The notes under the pieces were generated by a model. The model saw nothing but the letters and a program-made list of their open reading frames with translations. It was not told where the DNA came from and did no database searches. A stretch of DNA of 60,785 nt, counting the filler, from Sphacelaria rigidula (lineage: Eukaryota): NCBI GenBank assembly GCA_964200075.2. It is 5 parts of 5 records of this genome, joined end to end, with 100 filler letters (N's around TTAATTAATTAA, not from the genome) between each part and the next. Parts side by side here need not be neighbours in the genome. Positions count along the whole stretch, not along the records: positions 36,532 to 48,608 come from CAXNAA020004153.1; positions 48,709 to 60,785 come from CAXNAA020004154.1; 3 more parts are not named here. The stretch is one strand, 5' to 3'. Of this stretch, positions 36,606-51,331 are shown in pieces. Position 1 is the first letter of the stretch; the number at the start of each line of letters is the position of its first letter. Both the position numbers and the translations under genes were made by a program.

Positions 36606-37023
36606 TGCGTTTCTTCCCACTGCTTCCATTATCTATGGGTATCACCATGGATCAGGTCACAAGAAATCTTCGGAGAGCGTAAGCTCGTCCTGCCCCCAGC
36701 ACTAAACGTGAACCCTTGGGTCTCCACAATGGGAAATCTGGGTCTTGTATTCATATTTCAAGTCAAGATTATGCCAATGCACAACAGATGACTCGCCCTG
36801 AAGGTGGTTGTATATAGATGGACGAAGCCCAACAATGAGGCACAGTGCAATGCAGTACAGTCCAGTACAGTAGATTGTTGTCTCCTCTCTCTCGCCTTCG
36901 CTGCGTTCCTTCCAATTGCCCCCATTATCTACGGCTATCACCATGGGCTAGATTACAAGAAACCTTTGGAGATCGTAAACACGTCCTGTCCCCAGCTCTG
37001 AAAGTAAACCCTTGGGAGTCCAC
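36605..37023 (+). repeat. Diverged direct repeat of about 125 bp (36605-36727 and 36901-37023)
   Basis: CTGCGTT..CCATTATCTA.GG.TATCACCATGG..ACAAGAAA..GTCCTG.CCCCAGC..AACCCTTGGG present twice. Confidence 0.7.
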
Positions 37024-37884
37024 GGTGGGTCATCTGCCTTGTTCAGATTTCGAGCCAAATCATGCCAGTTAATATATGCAAACAGAACACTGAATCTTTG
37101 TGGCAGCGTGGGGATGATGTACAGACGGCAGGCCGCATGTGGCGGTAAACGTAGACTCTGTGTAACCGAGGAATAAAAGAGCACATGACAGTCGTCATGG
37201 TGTTGTCTGTTCCACTGCACACCACGCTCTCTAACGTTGGTCCCTAGAGCAGCTGGGTATACAGCAGCAATGCTTCTCTGTTACAAATTTGTCGGAGTGC
37301 ATTATTCCTTGACACATTTTTGAACACAGAAACAAAGTTATTCCGATTCAGACCTCTTCCTCCCATTTTGCCTCGCCTCCGTCCCGTCGGCGGGGTTTTA
37401 TTTCATTTGCTCTTGTCGGGGATGGTGGCTTGTTGGGGAGAGTTCATCGATAGGCCGGCTGAATCAGAGACGATCTCGTCGGCTTGAGTGCGATTCGAGC
37501 GCTGTTTTCTTGCGTGGTGTGCTTCAAATCACAACGCATGTTTGGTCAAACTCGCTTTCCGGGAACATCCCACGCTTGGGCGCCAGACGGCAAAGAGTAT
37601 TGTTTTTGCAGAGTTTCACGGAACGCTAGAGGAGTCGAGAAAAAAGGAGTTCGACCAGGCGTGTGTATCAGGGGTGTGGGCGTGGATGTGGCGCCTGAAC
37701 AGGGAGGGCATCGCTTGAACACACAATTTGCTCGTTCCAAGGATATACTTTTTAATCAAGTGTATCCAAATGGAAAAAAAGAAACGAGAATGAGTTGTCT
37801 ATGGTGGAAAAAATTTCGTCGAGCAGCCTGACGAAGTTCGGAGGCTAGAACCCCCCCCCATTTGCATCTCCAACAGTACGATAC

Positions 37885-38064
37885 CTGCATCGCATCGACT
37901 GCCCCGAGCCCATCATCCTCCAACATCAACTGCATCTTCGCGCCGCCAGTATTCTCGGCCGCTTTGTTCTCACCCGGCGGGGGAGGCGCTGTGAAGAGCG
38001 GGTTGACGCAGGCTTGCCCGGGGGCGATGAAATCGTCGAGGTCTCCGAGCATCACGGAAGCCAT
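37885..38064 (-). CDS. NAR1: First coding exon of cytosolic Fe-S cluster assembly factor NAR1/NARFL/CIAO3; later exons not found before the contig edge
   Basis: Translation MASVMLGDLDDFIAPGQACVNPLF matches the characteristic NAR1/NARFL N-terminus (xLxDLDDFIxPxQxCxxP). 180 nt from ATG to a CAG|GTATCG donor. Confidence 0.8.
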
Positions 38065-40945
38065 GTTTGCCAACAAGTCAGATGTACCGTCTCAACAGCT
38101 GGCCGTAACCCTGTTTTTCGCATGTACACAAAACGGACCTGTTCAAGGTTTTCGAATATTTACTATAGATACTATAGAGCGTATGTGGGCAAACTACGGA
38201 GGGTGTTCGTTGCTCCTGGAGAAAACGGAGGTAGAAAAAATTGTCGAGGGGGTGTTCTACTCCGTCATAGAGCGCACAAGAACGTGGATTCCCGCGTTGT
38301 CCGCGCGGTACGGTAGAGCTATCAAAACAAACATTTATGTTACAAATTTACCGTGCCTTGTCCAGACAAAAAAAATGAGAATGATACTGTGGAAATGAGA
38401 ATAAGAATGATGAACAGCCCGCCCGCGGGAAGTGGCAACCATCTTACGTTTCCTTTTGTATTTCCATCGGAGGATTCCTCCGTACTCAGGGCGTCTCCTA
38501 TCAAAATAAAATCGATCGAAAAAGTGCGGCGGGAAAGAGAAATTCCGATCTGATAAGTTCACGCAATTCGTAATCTCAGATGACTTCAACAACTACTTAT
38601 AATTCCTCGCGCGCGACCGGAAGGAATGAGATGGAAAAGATTCGCTTTCTCGATCGAAACCATGCGGCGGAAGTTCATGGAGGGGAACTTGACTCGTATA
38701 TCGCGGACCACCACGCCAGATACCACCCGTACACAGAGCCAAGCGAACCCCAAACAATCCATTCTCATCTACCGCCGCAACCCTACAGCATAGAGCACGA
38801 GTTGAGAACAGGGAAACATAAAAATGCAGTAGTTGGGAACCAGCATTATCACCCGCTCGGCATGACACTTCTATTTTTTGTTGCCGAAACCTTGAGCACC
38901 TTCTTCTATGATAGGGGTGGGCGACCCCATTGCGTAGACGCTCATTAACAGTACTGTACAATTCTGGCGTTGTTCAAATACCCTTCACATCCTACTGTAT
39001 GAAGAGAGTACCGACGGCACTGCCCTGTCTGTACTGCACATTGCCCGCCTCATTTTTACACCCTACTGTACGAAAACGCACACACACACACACACACACA
39101 CACAGTATGCAGATATGCATACGTACTGTTGTGCCGCCTGCAGTGTTGAAGATCGGTATCGAATCGCAAAAAATCGCGATTTGAATCGGCCATCCTGCGT
39201 ATCAAAATCGCCGGCTGAAAAACCGATATTTGTCGATTTGAATCAATACCGAGTATGGAGCTTCGATTCTCGACTATTTGCCACATTATTGCGTCATTTT
39301 TCAGAAACATGCGCGGGGTGGGCATCTCAGCTCCCCCGGGGTCCCATCTGTTCTAAAATTCACCCACATCCCCTACAACTCTCACGACACACAGCACACA
39401 GCACACAACCCACAACACCATACCCCACTCACCACCCCGCAGCAGGTCATCTTGTGCCTGAGTACTAAGCACCACTTGATAAGGACCACGTCGGTCCGCT
39501 GCATTACCGGTCGGCAAAATGCGCTTCCAAGCTTACGGCTTTGAAAGGAACTACAACATTCGCCCAGAATGAGTAACTACAGCAGTAGAACCAACTTTCT
39601 GCGGTGTGTTTGGTGGCTTCTCCGCAGTATGCGCATATTGCTAGGTGCAGTAAGGGACTGTTGCGGTAAAGCAACCGCAAGGTGTGCAGTCCGATCTAGT
39701 AACTCAGCTCTGCTGCTCTTACATGCAGTACAGTACTATCGCTTCTGCTGTAGGAGCAGTTTAGCACCAGAGTACCCAATGCTGCCTCGTGTGCGTAACT
39801 GCTGCTCCCTGTGTTTAACACTCAACTGCATACTCTAACCGATATAAATGCAGCTGACCGAATACAGAATACTTATTATGGGGCGGGTTGAGTTAGCTGG
39901 TTGAAATTTGATAAGCGGGTCTGGTGGAATGGTTGGGATGGGATTGAATCGGTTGTAGGTGCTTCTCGTTGTTTAGGAGGGTTTATACCATTTTTTATGG
40001 CAGTTACAAATCCAGTGATATTCATTTTCCATCATATGGAGGCATTTGTGGGGAAGAATATGTACCTTCCAGTATGTCCTGTCATATTACGCAGATTCAA
40101 TTGGCTCAGACCAAGAGTGGAGATCATCACGGCAAGAGGGGTTGGCACTTCCAGCATCAAGAGCTCGCTTCACGGGCGGTGTGCGGAGTTAGAAAAAGCA
40201 CCATCACGCACGAGACCCGTCACAGCACACATCGCAAGCGATTGCTACTTTAAAAAGTCGCGTCCCGGTAGTACACGGCGAACTTGTGCAGGGTTCTCTA
40301 CATGCCGGCCCTACCCCGCGCGCACGGATTTCAAGTAACACTTGTACAGAGCATATATGATGATACTGCTTGCTGTCTGTGTGTACGTGGTGTACCACCC
40401 CTGGCTTCACCACATCTTGTACAGCGGTCGGCGTTGAAGCTAAGCGTTCATTCGCTCTGGGTGGCGCACGCAGGAGTAAAAGGCCGCCTCTGCAGCTATA
40501 ATGCCTGCATGTATCTTGAGCGGAGCTGTATGGTAGCACAGCCGCTATGGCGCGCAAGCCGGCTGTAACAATACATACCGCGTGGAGATTTCTACTCTGT
40601 CTTGAAGTGATACCATGCGCAGTTCCCACTACGAGTATTGCGCACGTCGCAGTAGGCAATAGCTTCCATACGGTGCACAGTGCATTCTGTAAATTGTATA
40701 CTGATTGTACAAAGCTCTTCTCCAGGTTGTAACACAATTTTACACATGGCCCAAGTGGAAGTGAGGCAATCACCGAAATATTCACTTGCAAAGTCTGTGC
40801 GGCCGTACTCCAAGTTGATAACGCCAGAAGAACACCAGTGCAACGACCATCCCGGTTGCCGGCCTGTTTGCACGGCCGTCCCGGTAGTAGTGGGACTGTC
40901 TGCATCGGGATGTCGCCCCCAGTGCCATGTACGCCGGCAAGGATC

Positions 40946-42127
40946 CGTGGCACTACGAGCTGGGCCAGCCTAAAAACGGATCTAAGCTCTCAAAGCAATA
41001 TCTCGTCGACACAAACGAGTTGGGCCGTGATCCGAATATCGTATTAATCGTCGAACCAAGGGGAAGGTGCCCATCTGCTTGAAAGTTTGGGCCCATATTT
41101 TTCTCGTTGATTAAACCCCATGTCTACTAATTTCTATACCTAACGGAGATGGCGTCTATACTAAAATGTATATAAGACCCCCGATCGATGCATTTAGCGG
41201 ATGACGACGAATTTGGTGTGGACATTCTCTGGAGCAAGGGGAGACGATAGATACCCTCACCTTCACCTAATTCGTCATGTATCCCGAGATATGGCGCACA
41301 TAAGTTTCCATATTAAAATCAATATATTACGAGCAGAGGCACTAGATGCCCTAAATCTGGATACCGCGTCTCAGTTTTTGAGAGTTGTTAAAAAGTAAAA
41401 ACGGCTTGTTACCTATCCTTATGTTCATTTTTTTTGGTGTTTTTAGTGGAGTTTTGAGGAGAACTGAACATTGCTCTTAGGCCTTATCTCAATGTTTTAG
41501 CTCAATTTTTAGAATTGTGATTTGAAAGTTAGCATGGAGAATCAAAAAAGTGTGTCAAATAAAAAATAAAAATGGGCCTTCATTTCTCAATTTTTTTCAT
41601 GGAGGTTAGGGCGTTCTCGTGGAGATGGTCTTTACCATACTAAAACGCCCTCAATCAGTGAAAAAAAGGAATTAAAAAAAAACTGACCCACTGCATTCTG
41701 TTGCTTATGCCCTGGCGAGGGCCCACACAAAATGTTAATACACAAAAACCAAACGTGGGCCGGTGATTGCCCTGCGAAATACTGTTCCGAATGTCTCACG
41801 ACCTGGTTTTGGAAGGCGAATGTACCCACCAGTATTTAGCGTTGAAGCATCAAATATGGTATGGACAATGCATAGGGCATTGAAAAAAATTGGAAAGAAG
41901 CACGAGAAGTTTTTTTTTCGTGAGTAAAGGGCAATAATCAGTTCTCAGGTATCAGTAAAATGCCCTTAACTCACGAAAAAAAAAACTCTTCTGGTGCTTA
42001 TTTCCATTTTTTTTATGCCCCATGTATTGTCCGTACCAAATTTGACGCTCCAACTCTAGATATTGGCCGGCGCATTCACCTGCAAACTTCCAATCCGCCT
42101 CTAGGCTTACCCAGCTCGTACCCACTG
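40946..42127. mobile_element. Non-autonomous DNA transposon of about 1.18 kb with degenerate TIRs and AT-rich interior
   Basis: Left GTGGCACTACGAGCTGGGCCAGCCTAAAAACGGAT vs reverse complement of right end GTGGG-TACGAGCTGGGTAAGCCTAGAGGCGGAT. No transposase ORF and no clear TSD. Confidence 0.55.
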
Positions 42128-45100
42128 GTCGCACGACAGGAGCTTAACCTTCGGCTGTCGAGCTTTTTGAAGCGGAAACGTTCAGCTCCCGACCCTCACA
42201 TATAATGCGGACCATAAACGATGCTCGTTTGCTGGGTTTCTTCGAGCGTTCATCCATAAATGGGCGAAGATTGATGATGAGGCCGGCAGGATCCGTCGCA
42301 GCCTGCGTATTCAACTGTCACGGTACCCACTATAATCGTCATCAGACAGCAGGGTGTTGGAAAAACAAAATCCCACGCACCGTGAGTATCCACCGTATCA
42401 ATGCAGACCGGGCCATTAGCAACTTAGCCTGCTGCAGCTGCGACTGTGACACCTTCCTCTAATACCAATCTAGACATTCTCCAAGTTTCGGCGTCATTAG
42501 ACGCGAGGCGCGGGTTCTTCTCACAGCTACGCTGCCGAAACACCGCCTCCATATTGTGGAAAAGGAATAACACTGAATCTCGATCTGTGCGCAGATTGGG
42601 GGAACTCAAATCGGGAAACGCCTATTATGGCCCACAATTTGGCCCACATCGGGGAAGCTCAGATTCATATGTCACGAGTTGAGAACGGATTTACCCGAAT
42701 CTGAGCCCAGATCAGGGGAAAATCGAGGTTCCCCGAATTTGTAGAAAGTGGTGTGCGGACATTGACATACGATGATAAGGCAACAGGCGTCTGATATTTT
42801 TACACCCGTAGGAATAGACAGTCTCGTGATGGCACAGGCCGTGCCCGCCCGCGCCAGCTGCTGGAGCAGCTTCGCGCGGGGTTTGACAAGCGGATAAGAA
42901 GTGCTCACGCCGTACCCTGCGGTGGTGGTGATATTTCATGCTGGACTGTGCTGCTGTATTTATCATCATAACGAACGGTACTGTACTATTCTACTCTCTG
43001 CTGTCGCTGCACTTGCATGGTGATGAACGGCACTGCACTCGTGAACTCGTATCGCACACTGTTCACTGTTCTCGCAATACCGACTGCACCATCATGTATC
43101 ACTACCGAATTGCTCGCCTGTTTTTCGGCTCCACTGCAAATGTGGTACCACACCCCTGCAGAAAATGCCCCTCCGTGCACAGAACTGTTTCAACGAATCT
43201 GTGGAACCATAATGGGGTCTGTACAAATTTGATTTTCGAAGATATTAGTCACCCCAAAATTGCACAGATTCGGGTCTCGGCAGATTCGGGATTCGTTCCC
43301 ATTGAAGATGGTCTTGCGACAAGGGTAAGACGAAATCGATCAAGGTCGAGTTAATGCGCATCGTCCTTTTCATGGAGTGATCATACTTTGGTCGTTGTTT
43401 TAGATGTCTTATCGAACCAACTTATTGCTTCGATTTTCTATGCTGACTTTCCTGAGTACAAGTGATCGAGTACGGCCTGTGCTCGAGTTCGGTTTCGCCG
43501 AACTCCATCGTTTTTTTCGCTTGTGCGCTTGCAAATTCGCTCGGACCTCAACCGCGTAAAACGAACGAATTCGATCGGATCGATTTCGACGCACTTTTTC
43601 GTTCGATCGAAAACCAAATTTGACAAGACATCACATCACAAAAAGTACTTCAAGAATGATTAAATTTGATGACAATGAGAACTAGTATCCACAGAGAACG
43701 TCAGATGGTTACCACACGTCGGATGTTCGTCTCATCATTCTATTTGTCACAATATTATTCTCATAGTTTCGTCTCGACCATATGGGGGCTTTGATATACA
43801 ATACCACGGGGTGACTCGGTAGGTGACGCAGGGACACCCTGGGTAGGATGCGTTTTTATATTTGATCTTGTCAAAAACCTCGACGGTGATACCAAGATGG
43901 GCAAAGGATATATGTATATGTTTACATGTGCATATATGTATATGTATGCACATGCACATGTAAGGTATCGCGGAGATGTTGCGATGGACAGAGTTTCTCG
44001 AAATTGTAGAGCCTACATTTGTCCAAGCAAGTTTTGATAAAACTTTTATCACAGGGAGTGTTATTCAACGTCACCTCCTGTACAGTACAGTGTCTGGATT
44101 TGATCGTGGGTACCTGTTCCCAGCGTAACCCCACACGGCGTGCACCTAGATAGGCATTCATGATTGCTACACCTCGTTTGATGCATGCGGAGGTGGGCTC
44201 ATATGTACCTGTGGTGTTGCAGTCAGTCAGATGACGTGTCTTGTCCGCCAGATGCCGCCAGGTGCCGACGAGGTGGCCCGAGCTTGTGTATCTTTGGCTG
44301 TTATCTACGAGTGGCTCAGTCAAATACCTCCTCCGACACAAGCCCACGTTGATATGAAGCCAGAAGCAACCCACCTACACGTCCACACCCAATGGACGTT
44401 CTGTCTCGGCAAGGTATTGCTTACGGTGCTGAGTGTTCTACCGTCAAGTTGCCGGTACCGAATGACTACGAGTCTGAAATTTGAAACAAAGGCAAATATT
44501 TTCATGCACAAAACAAAATTGTCATAGATGCGGCACACACATGACATTGCTCCCGCTGGTTCTGGACATCATCCTAGGAGAAACGACTAGATTGGACTGG
44601 CGCGTGTGCACATTGGCAGAATCCTGCTGCATTGGATACTCACAACGTACTTGCACCATATGGCTGTAGCGTTGTAAATACGAACGTCGGTTAGACATCA
44701 GCATCTGTGCTCCACGAGTCGGCTCTCTCTCACGCTAGGCTGAGGGGGCGCGCTGGCTCTGGTTTTCCCGGAAGACACGAGGGAGTGGCGAGCTATTTAA
44801 GGGAGTGCAGGGCAAGGCTTGACTCACCTGGAGCTGGTTTGAGCGGTATGTCTAACTGTGCGCTCTTTGGAAGAAATCTCAGCTGCAGAAGCGATTTTAC
44901 CGCGTCTTTATTGTAACGTGCCACTCCGCCTGTCTTTCCTGCGAGAATTTTGAAAATTGTGTATTTAAAAAAAACGGTGTGGTACCGCGACTGTACTGTA
45001 CTGTACTGTACTGTATGAGGCGTTGTGTATCTGAGTATCTGGACTGCATCGTTGAACTGTCATGTTCAGGGAGCGCCTCGTTGAAGCACCGAGCAATTGG

Positions 45101-48100
45101 AGCAGTGGGTGTGGTCAACTCTAGTGGCTGTACTGTGCCCATTTTTCGCGTAATCACGGGAGACGGCGAGGTTCGTTTCACGGCCAATGTGCATCGCCGT
45201 CCGACGTCGGGGCAAAAACACGTCAGCAGTAGCTCCCGAGTGTTCCCGCAGCCTGGGCCTCGATACACCAATTTTCTTGTCTTTCTCTGCAAATTTGAAT
45301 TTTTCCAACCATTTCATCTCATCCGAAATCTGTCTATCACGACGGTAGGGCAATCGAGGTACTGTACCACAAAACACCATCCAACACGTATCGCACCGTA
45401 GCCTTTAAGAGCACCAACTATGATCAAGGAAGTTCAATATTTGCACAACCACTCCAGTAAGAGATACTTGCACACATGATAGTTCGCGAGCCTGTCTACA
45501 ACTAACTTCATTTGTATACATTAAACGAATTATCCTATACCACAGTACGTGCTTTGGGCGGGTTGTCGACATCAATATGGATCCATACGAAGGGGTCCTA
45601 CACAATGCAGGCTACGCCCTCCGTGTTCAGACCATCAAAATCGCTTTTTCTTTGTCGCCACGAAATGGAGGGTTATTTAACGAGTGGGCACACCGCAACC
45701 GGGAAACGTGAAAAGCGTTTCACATTCCATTGGCAGTCGGTATATGGAATGTGTCTCCGCATGTTCGCCGTGAACCTCACCCGGTAGATTCATGTCAGTA
45801 GATTTATGTGAGAAGTATAGTATACTATTACTCCGTAAATGATACTGTACCCGTTCCCCCATTGTCCCAAATACACCCACAATGAAAACGGGAATCCTGA
45901 GCGAAAGTGGATTCGACCGATTTTCTCCAAGATAATGCGTAATACGAAGTACGCAATAACGCGTTGAACAACCCACTCAAGAGTTCGTTTGTGTTTCCAG
46001 CTCCGAACCGAGATGTTTCTGTGGGCTCCAACCTCTGGGGAGTACGAGCAGCAGGTCGGGTATTGACATAACCTCTTGCGTCTGGAAGCACGATAGGTAC
46101 TACTTGTACGCGCGTAAATCTCACGAGCAAATTGAGGATTAAGCCAGCCGCAGGCGCGAAAATGATGCGTAGTTGACTTGAAAATTCGCGACACATGAAA
46201 TCCGGGGGTTGTGTCTTCGGGTGTCTGAGCAATGACGACGAGGGACGTCCAAGGAATGAGTTTAGGAAAAGTATGGAATAGCAAAGGACGACCGGCCATT
46301 TCAGTGTATGAAGGAAACGGTGTGGGATTAGCTCGAAAACGCCTCGGTACTAGTGCAGTGTATGCTGTCTTCTCCATGTCTTCGATGGTTTCGTAATCGT
46401 CATGAGCCGTGACGTGTATATGCATACAGCTGGCTATATCTATATATGTATCCTGGCTTTGATAGTTACCGCATGCAGCTACAGACGTTTCTGACACGCA
46501 CTTAGACGCGTGCGTCCTGCTGATTTGCCTGGTGCGTCTCCTATCTTGTGACCACAGCTCGACTGAATTCGTAGCGGAACCGTTTTTGTGCGATAATCAA
46601 TGAAAAACACATGAGAAAATACACAAAAAAAAAACACGGAAAAGGGGATTCAGATGTATTTTTTAGTGGTTGAACATACATACAAGAAGCTTGTTCCAGG
46701 ACGTTACTTGCACACGCGTAGAAGGGGCTATCCACCTACTTCGATGTGCCCTTTCCTGGAACAGGTATGCAGACGAATACATTCAGACGCGTCCATCACT
46801 CGAGGATTGTGCCAAGTAGGGCTTCGACGCATGCATCGCTCTCGTGCGAGATAGGTATGTTGAAATATGAGCGATGTATGACTAGCGTCGGACCTTTTCA
46901 TATGAGTGACTCGATGCGGGTTATTACCGACAGGCTTTAGTGTAGGATTTAAGTGCTTGAGCCCTGGTGTGGTATCAAAGTTGCTTGAATTTTCAGTGTT
47001 GACTACTTGGTTCCAACCTGTGGGTCGTCAGCATCTACTTGCTTGTAGTCATTATCTTCAGCATGTCGGTTTTAGTATGATGCCCGACTAATAGATTATT
47101 TCAGTATATACCCCCCCTTTCCGCAGCATATTATCCCCTTCAATGATGATTTTTTTCATCTCGCAGGAGGTAGAGTACCTCGCCTGTATTTCGCGGTGGC
47201 CCTTGATCCGCGAATTCCCTGACAGACATGCATCCATGCCCATCACTTCATACATTACTTGCCTGAAGGCATGTTCTGTTCGCTGTCGGAGGGAACATGA
47301 TCATTATGATACATGGCCTTGCGATCGCTGGCTTTGCGGGCTACGACCTAGCGATAGCGATCCTCGCCATCGAGTACTCGATGTCCTACATACCGGGTTA
47401 CCGGTGATTGTAGCCCATGATGGGCAATAGGTTTCCCAACAAGCGCTCACGCGAAAGCCGGGGTCCTCGCACGCTCAGCTTCACCCTCTAGGTACGCGCA
47501 CTGTCCAGACATGGGTTGGCATAATTGGTCATCTTCGACTTTTTTTTCCCCTCTAGAAAATCTATATGCCTAGCATAAAATTGTACTCTGCAGTAACGAT
47601 CAATGTTTTTTTGGGCACGCGTCTTTTCACTTCTAGTGAGAGCTCTCATTTTTGGGCCACATGCAGGGTCCATCATTTGTTCTATTATATCAGTCCGTCC
47701 AACCGTAACAAAACGCATGAAACCGTGGACGTTTAAATCGGACGCACGCATCGAGTACGATTGACTCACGTATAGTGCAGTGCTCGGAGAAGTGTAGACA
47801 GGACCGTTAGAGCGGGAGGTGGGTTTTTTGTCGTGAAACACCGCCCAGATGCGATTTATGGCATGGAATCATGTGTTGCCCTCTTCTGGAGGATTTCGAG
47901 TCCGGCTTCGCACAGCTCTTCACATGATGAAACAACGGCACTCTGTGTTTAGTGTGTTATATTTTTTCGAGCGATGGGGGCGATATCGTTACAAAAAAGA
48001 AGAAAAAGATAAAACTGCTTAACCCACCCTGACTCTTTCATCCCTCGGGACGAGTCCGCGGTCACACTGCATCATCGATCCATCTCTCCCCCGGTACACG

Positions 48101-48562
48101 CTCAACGGTGGAACCCAGATTCCGTTCGAATCAAGGCATCTGTCAGGATCCGAACTCCGCAATCTGCCGTCCTAATGTGGCCGCTGGTGTACCAACCAGG
48201 TGTATCATTGGGGTGCAAAACAGCACAACAGTATTACGCCCCATATCCTTTGTGTGTGGACGTTCAAGGTTGTTTTTTATGGCACATTCAAAAGCACAGC
48301 AGATTACAGATGCTTGACAACACAAGTGGGCGGCTGGGAAAGGGGGGCGGGGGGAGGGTTACTCATGATTGGGGGATGTATTCATGATATTGCATTCTGT
48401 AGTCTTCAGACCATTAACCTCACACCCCTCACCCCCTACAAAGCTGGGACGGAGCACGTCGGGTTTCCGATGGACCAGTCTCGCAATCAATCACCAATCG
48501 CGAAGCGCCGTCATGTGACTAGGGGGGTGTACTCATGATGCAAACCCCAGTCATGAGATTGA

Positions 48563-48608
48563 GGGGGGGGGCGGGGGCGGACCCATTTGTTGCTTGGGTT
48601 AGTCATTT
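48563..48608 (-). mobile_element. Poly(C)-tailed LINE 3'-end copy (cut by contig end)
   Basis: G-run followed by CATTTGTTGCTTGGGTTAGTCATTT. Confidence 0.65.
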
Positions 48609-48708
48609 NNNNNNNNNNNNNNNNNNNNNNNNNNNNNNNNNNNNNNNNNNNNTTAATTAATTAANNNNNNNNNNNNNNNNNNNNNNNNNNNNNNNNNNNN
48701 NNNNNNNN
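48609..48708. other. Artificial contig linker
   Basis: Identical 100-bp spacer. Confidence 0.97.
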
Positions 48709-50531
48709 GAGGAGAGGGGAGGGGGGGGGGGGGGGGGGGGGGGGGGCGTGCGAGAAACAAGAAATGCCGTTGAATAAGCTGATTGGGAAACAGACTATAT
48801 AGGCATGAATTGTCACCCACGAGCTCTACGGGGGCGACAGTTTAGGTCAGTCTCTCGAGTGTGCACTATTCATGAAAGGGTTTACAGACGGAGTACAATT
48901 GATCATGGGATTCGAGCTTCGAGATTCGGTTTCTCAGGCGCGTAATGGCGCTGATTAATGCTCACCAACGCCGACGCGGTTGCCATGCGCAATATTCGCT
49001 CCAGTATACTTGTTGGAAAGGAATCCACTCCACTACATCCTACTCGGTAATGGTAAAATAGCTACACAGGACTGATCGTACAGATCCCAAGCTCCGCCAC
49101 AAAGCACGAGGGTAAAATTGGTGCGGGCCAACGTGCGTAATTGCATTTAGCCTCTACAGTAGTGGGCGTTTTAACTATTCATTTTGAGGCATATTGTGAT
49201 CTCTTCGTAATTGGCGACTTTTTTGGGCTCTTTTCGCTTGCCACCGCTTATCACATTGGGGATCTGGACATATTTGTATCCGCTCTACATTTCAAGAAAA
49301 AAAAATCATCTGTACTCAACATTGAGTGGCTTACGGGCTGACCGGTCATCGGGGGTCCAGCGACGTTTCAGCCCAGATTCTTTCTCTTTGGTATTTTCGG
49401 TCGATCGAGCCTGTCCCGATCATATTTCTAGAAAAGTATACAGATTTACTTCCTTGAATTCTGCCTACTCATTGCACTAGAGCCGAAAAAGTGTGTTTCA
49501 CGGTCAGTAACATCCTCCTGATGAACGGGGTGTTTACTCGTTTCGCCCGATAACACCAGCTAGCACTGACTTGGGCACTGTGTTTTGAGGATGATTTATT
49601 CATTGTACCAAAATCTACCGACGCTAGCAATGTCGAGTTCTATCGAAGAGCAGTACGCGAGGAAAACCCCCAAACCCTGCTGAATAGTTAGACCGCCCAC
49701 TACTGTAGCACGGCGTACGTTCGTTTGCGAGGGTGGCAGAGGCCAGGCATCATTGCACTCATCGGGCCAACAGCCACGCACACCCCGAAAGTCTCAACTA
49801 GCGACCGGGCGTCTTCCAGATATACTGCAAGAGGCCTCAGAAAGTAGGCTGCCTCATCAATATTACCGAGTGCGAAAGTACTCATGAGTCTACGCATGTG
49901 TCAACTGAGTTTCATTCATTTTTCTTTGAAAGTGTACAACTGCAGTAAGGGCCCAGAAAATTCCTAGCAGTCAGCGAGTTAGAATTGGAGCTCGCTGCCT
50001 TCGTGGACGCAGATATCTAAATGTGTAATGATGACATGAGTTTGGGGGTGGGGGGTGCGGGGACGAGGGACCAGATAGTGATCCCGTGAACTCGTGTGCG
50101 AAGTCATCAAAGCAGCTCACCACTTTCCAGCACCGACAACCTACCTCCGTCCGCCACACATCAACCACGTCTCCAAGAGCTCTGGAGAACAGTGCACAAA
50201 GTCAAACGGAACACAAACTACCAAAAAGGCCGGTCACCCATTTGATTAAGCCATCGTCTTATCAAACCCAGAAAAAAAAGCCATATGACTCGAAATCATG
50301 CCTTACAACATCCACTATCCACTACACGAATCACCCACTTCCTCATTCATCCTCTTGTGTGTAGCCCTTCTTTTAAGATCGAGTTTTGTTCAGCGAATGT
50401 ACTCTTCACGAAAACACCTTTGGCTCACGTACACCTTGCGACCACTGGTGCCATAACTCAGAGCGCATCAACTCATGCAAGAAAAAACAACCAGTCCATC
50501 AATTCATCAATCAATTGACCAATCAACTCAC

Positions 50532-51299
50532 TCCCGGAATTTCGAGTACATCGGCGCAGCCAACGACGACGCTCCGTTCACCAGCTCATCCAGGTCGGCG
50601 CCTTCTCTCCTCGGCCTCGCCACGCTGCACGGGAAATCATCGAAAAACGACCTCCTATCCTGCCCACAATGCTGCCCCAACTTCCCCAAGGCCGGCTCCA
50701 CCATCCCCGCCCTCACCTTCCACTCACCCAGCTCAATCACCACCGTGTTCCCGGACGTCTTGATCCCGTGCTCCGCGGGGGCCAACCGCGCGGTGGGAGA
50801 CATTGCCGGCGCACCGAACGCCGCCTGTCCGCACGCGAGCTTACGGCGCCGAGACTGCTCTCCATCACCTCCTGGCAACGGCGATATCTCGCGCCCGGTG
50901 GCGGCGAGAGCCCCGCAAACGGGGGACCAGTACGGTCGCGGCGACAAGTTTAAAGAGGAGGCGTTGTTGCCACCGTGGGGGGGGTTCCCGTCCTCGCGCC
51001 CGCTAGCGGACGCGTAGGCGCTCGCGGCGACGCCGGCTGAGGTAGCGGCGAGGGCCCGCGCCGCTGCGGTTTCGAGTACGCTCTTGTTATTGCTGCTGAG
51101 TTGACCGATTTCGTGTTCTTCTGCTTCTGCGGTAAATTTGGCCTTTGCAAACGCCGCCGCTTCTTCATCGGTCTCCGCGAACATGCCGCGTTCCAAGCTC
51201 AGCCGCGGCGGTTTGCCGTGCTTCTCGCTCGGGCTTTCGGTGTCGCTCTCACTGTCGGCGATGGATATATCGTCCCCGTCCCCGTTGTTGTCGCTATCG

Positions 51300-51331
<32 letters not shown>

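Noticed and set aside
45790-46497. 235-aa minus-strand ORF
   Set aside because: No recognisable domain, non-ATG start, and composition unlike the real exons in this window.
48343-48545. ATGAGTA(A/C)-poly(C) motifs resembling the LINE end
   Set aside because: Similarity is limited to about 8 nt next to a G-run; upstream sequence does not match the family.
48709-50200. Candidate continuation exons of the actin-like domain (49700-49897 ORF; ALGDVVDVWRTE near 50180; ILERILRMATASAL near 48965-49007)
   Set aside because: Could not be chained into a phase-consistent model with convincing actin motifs; left unannotated pending RNA-seq.
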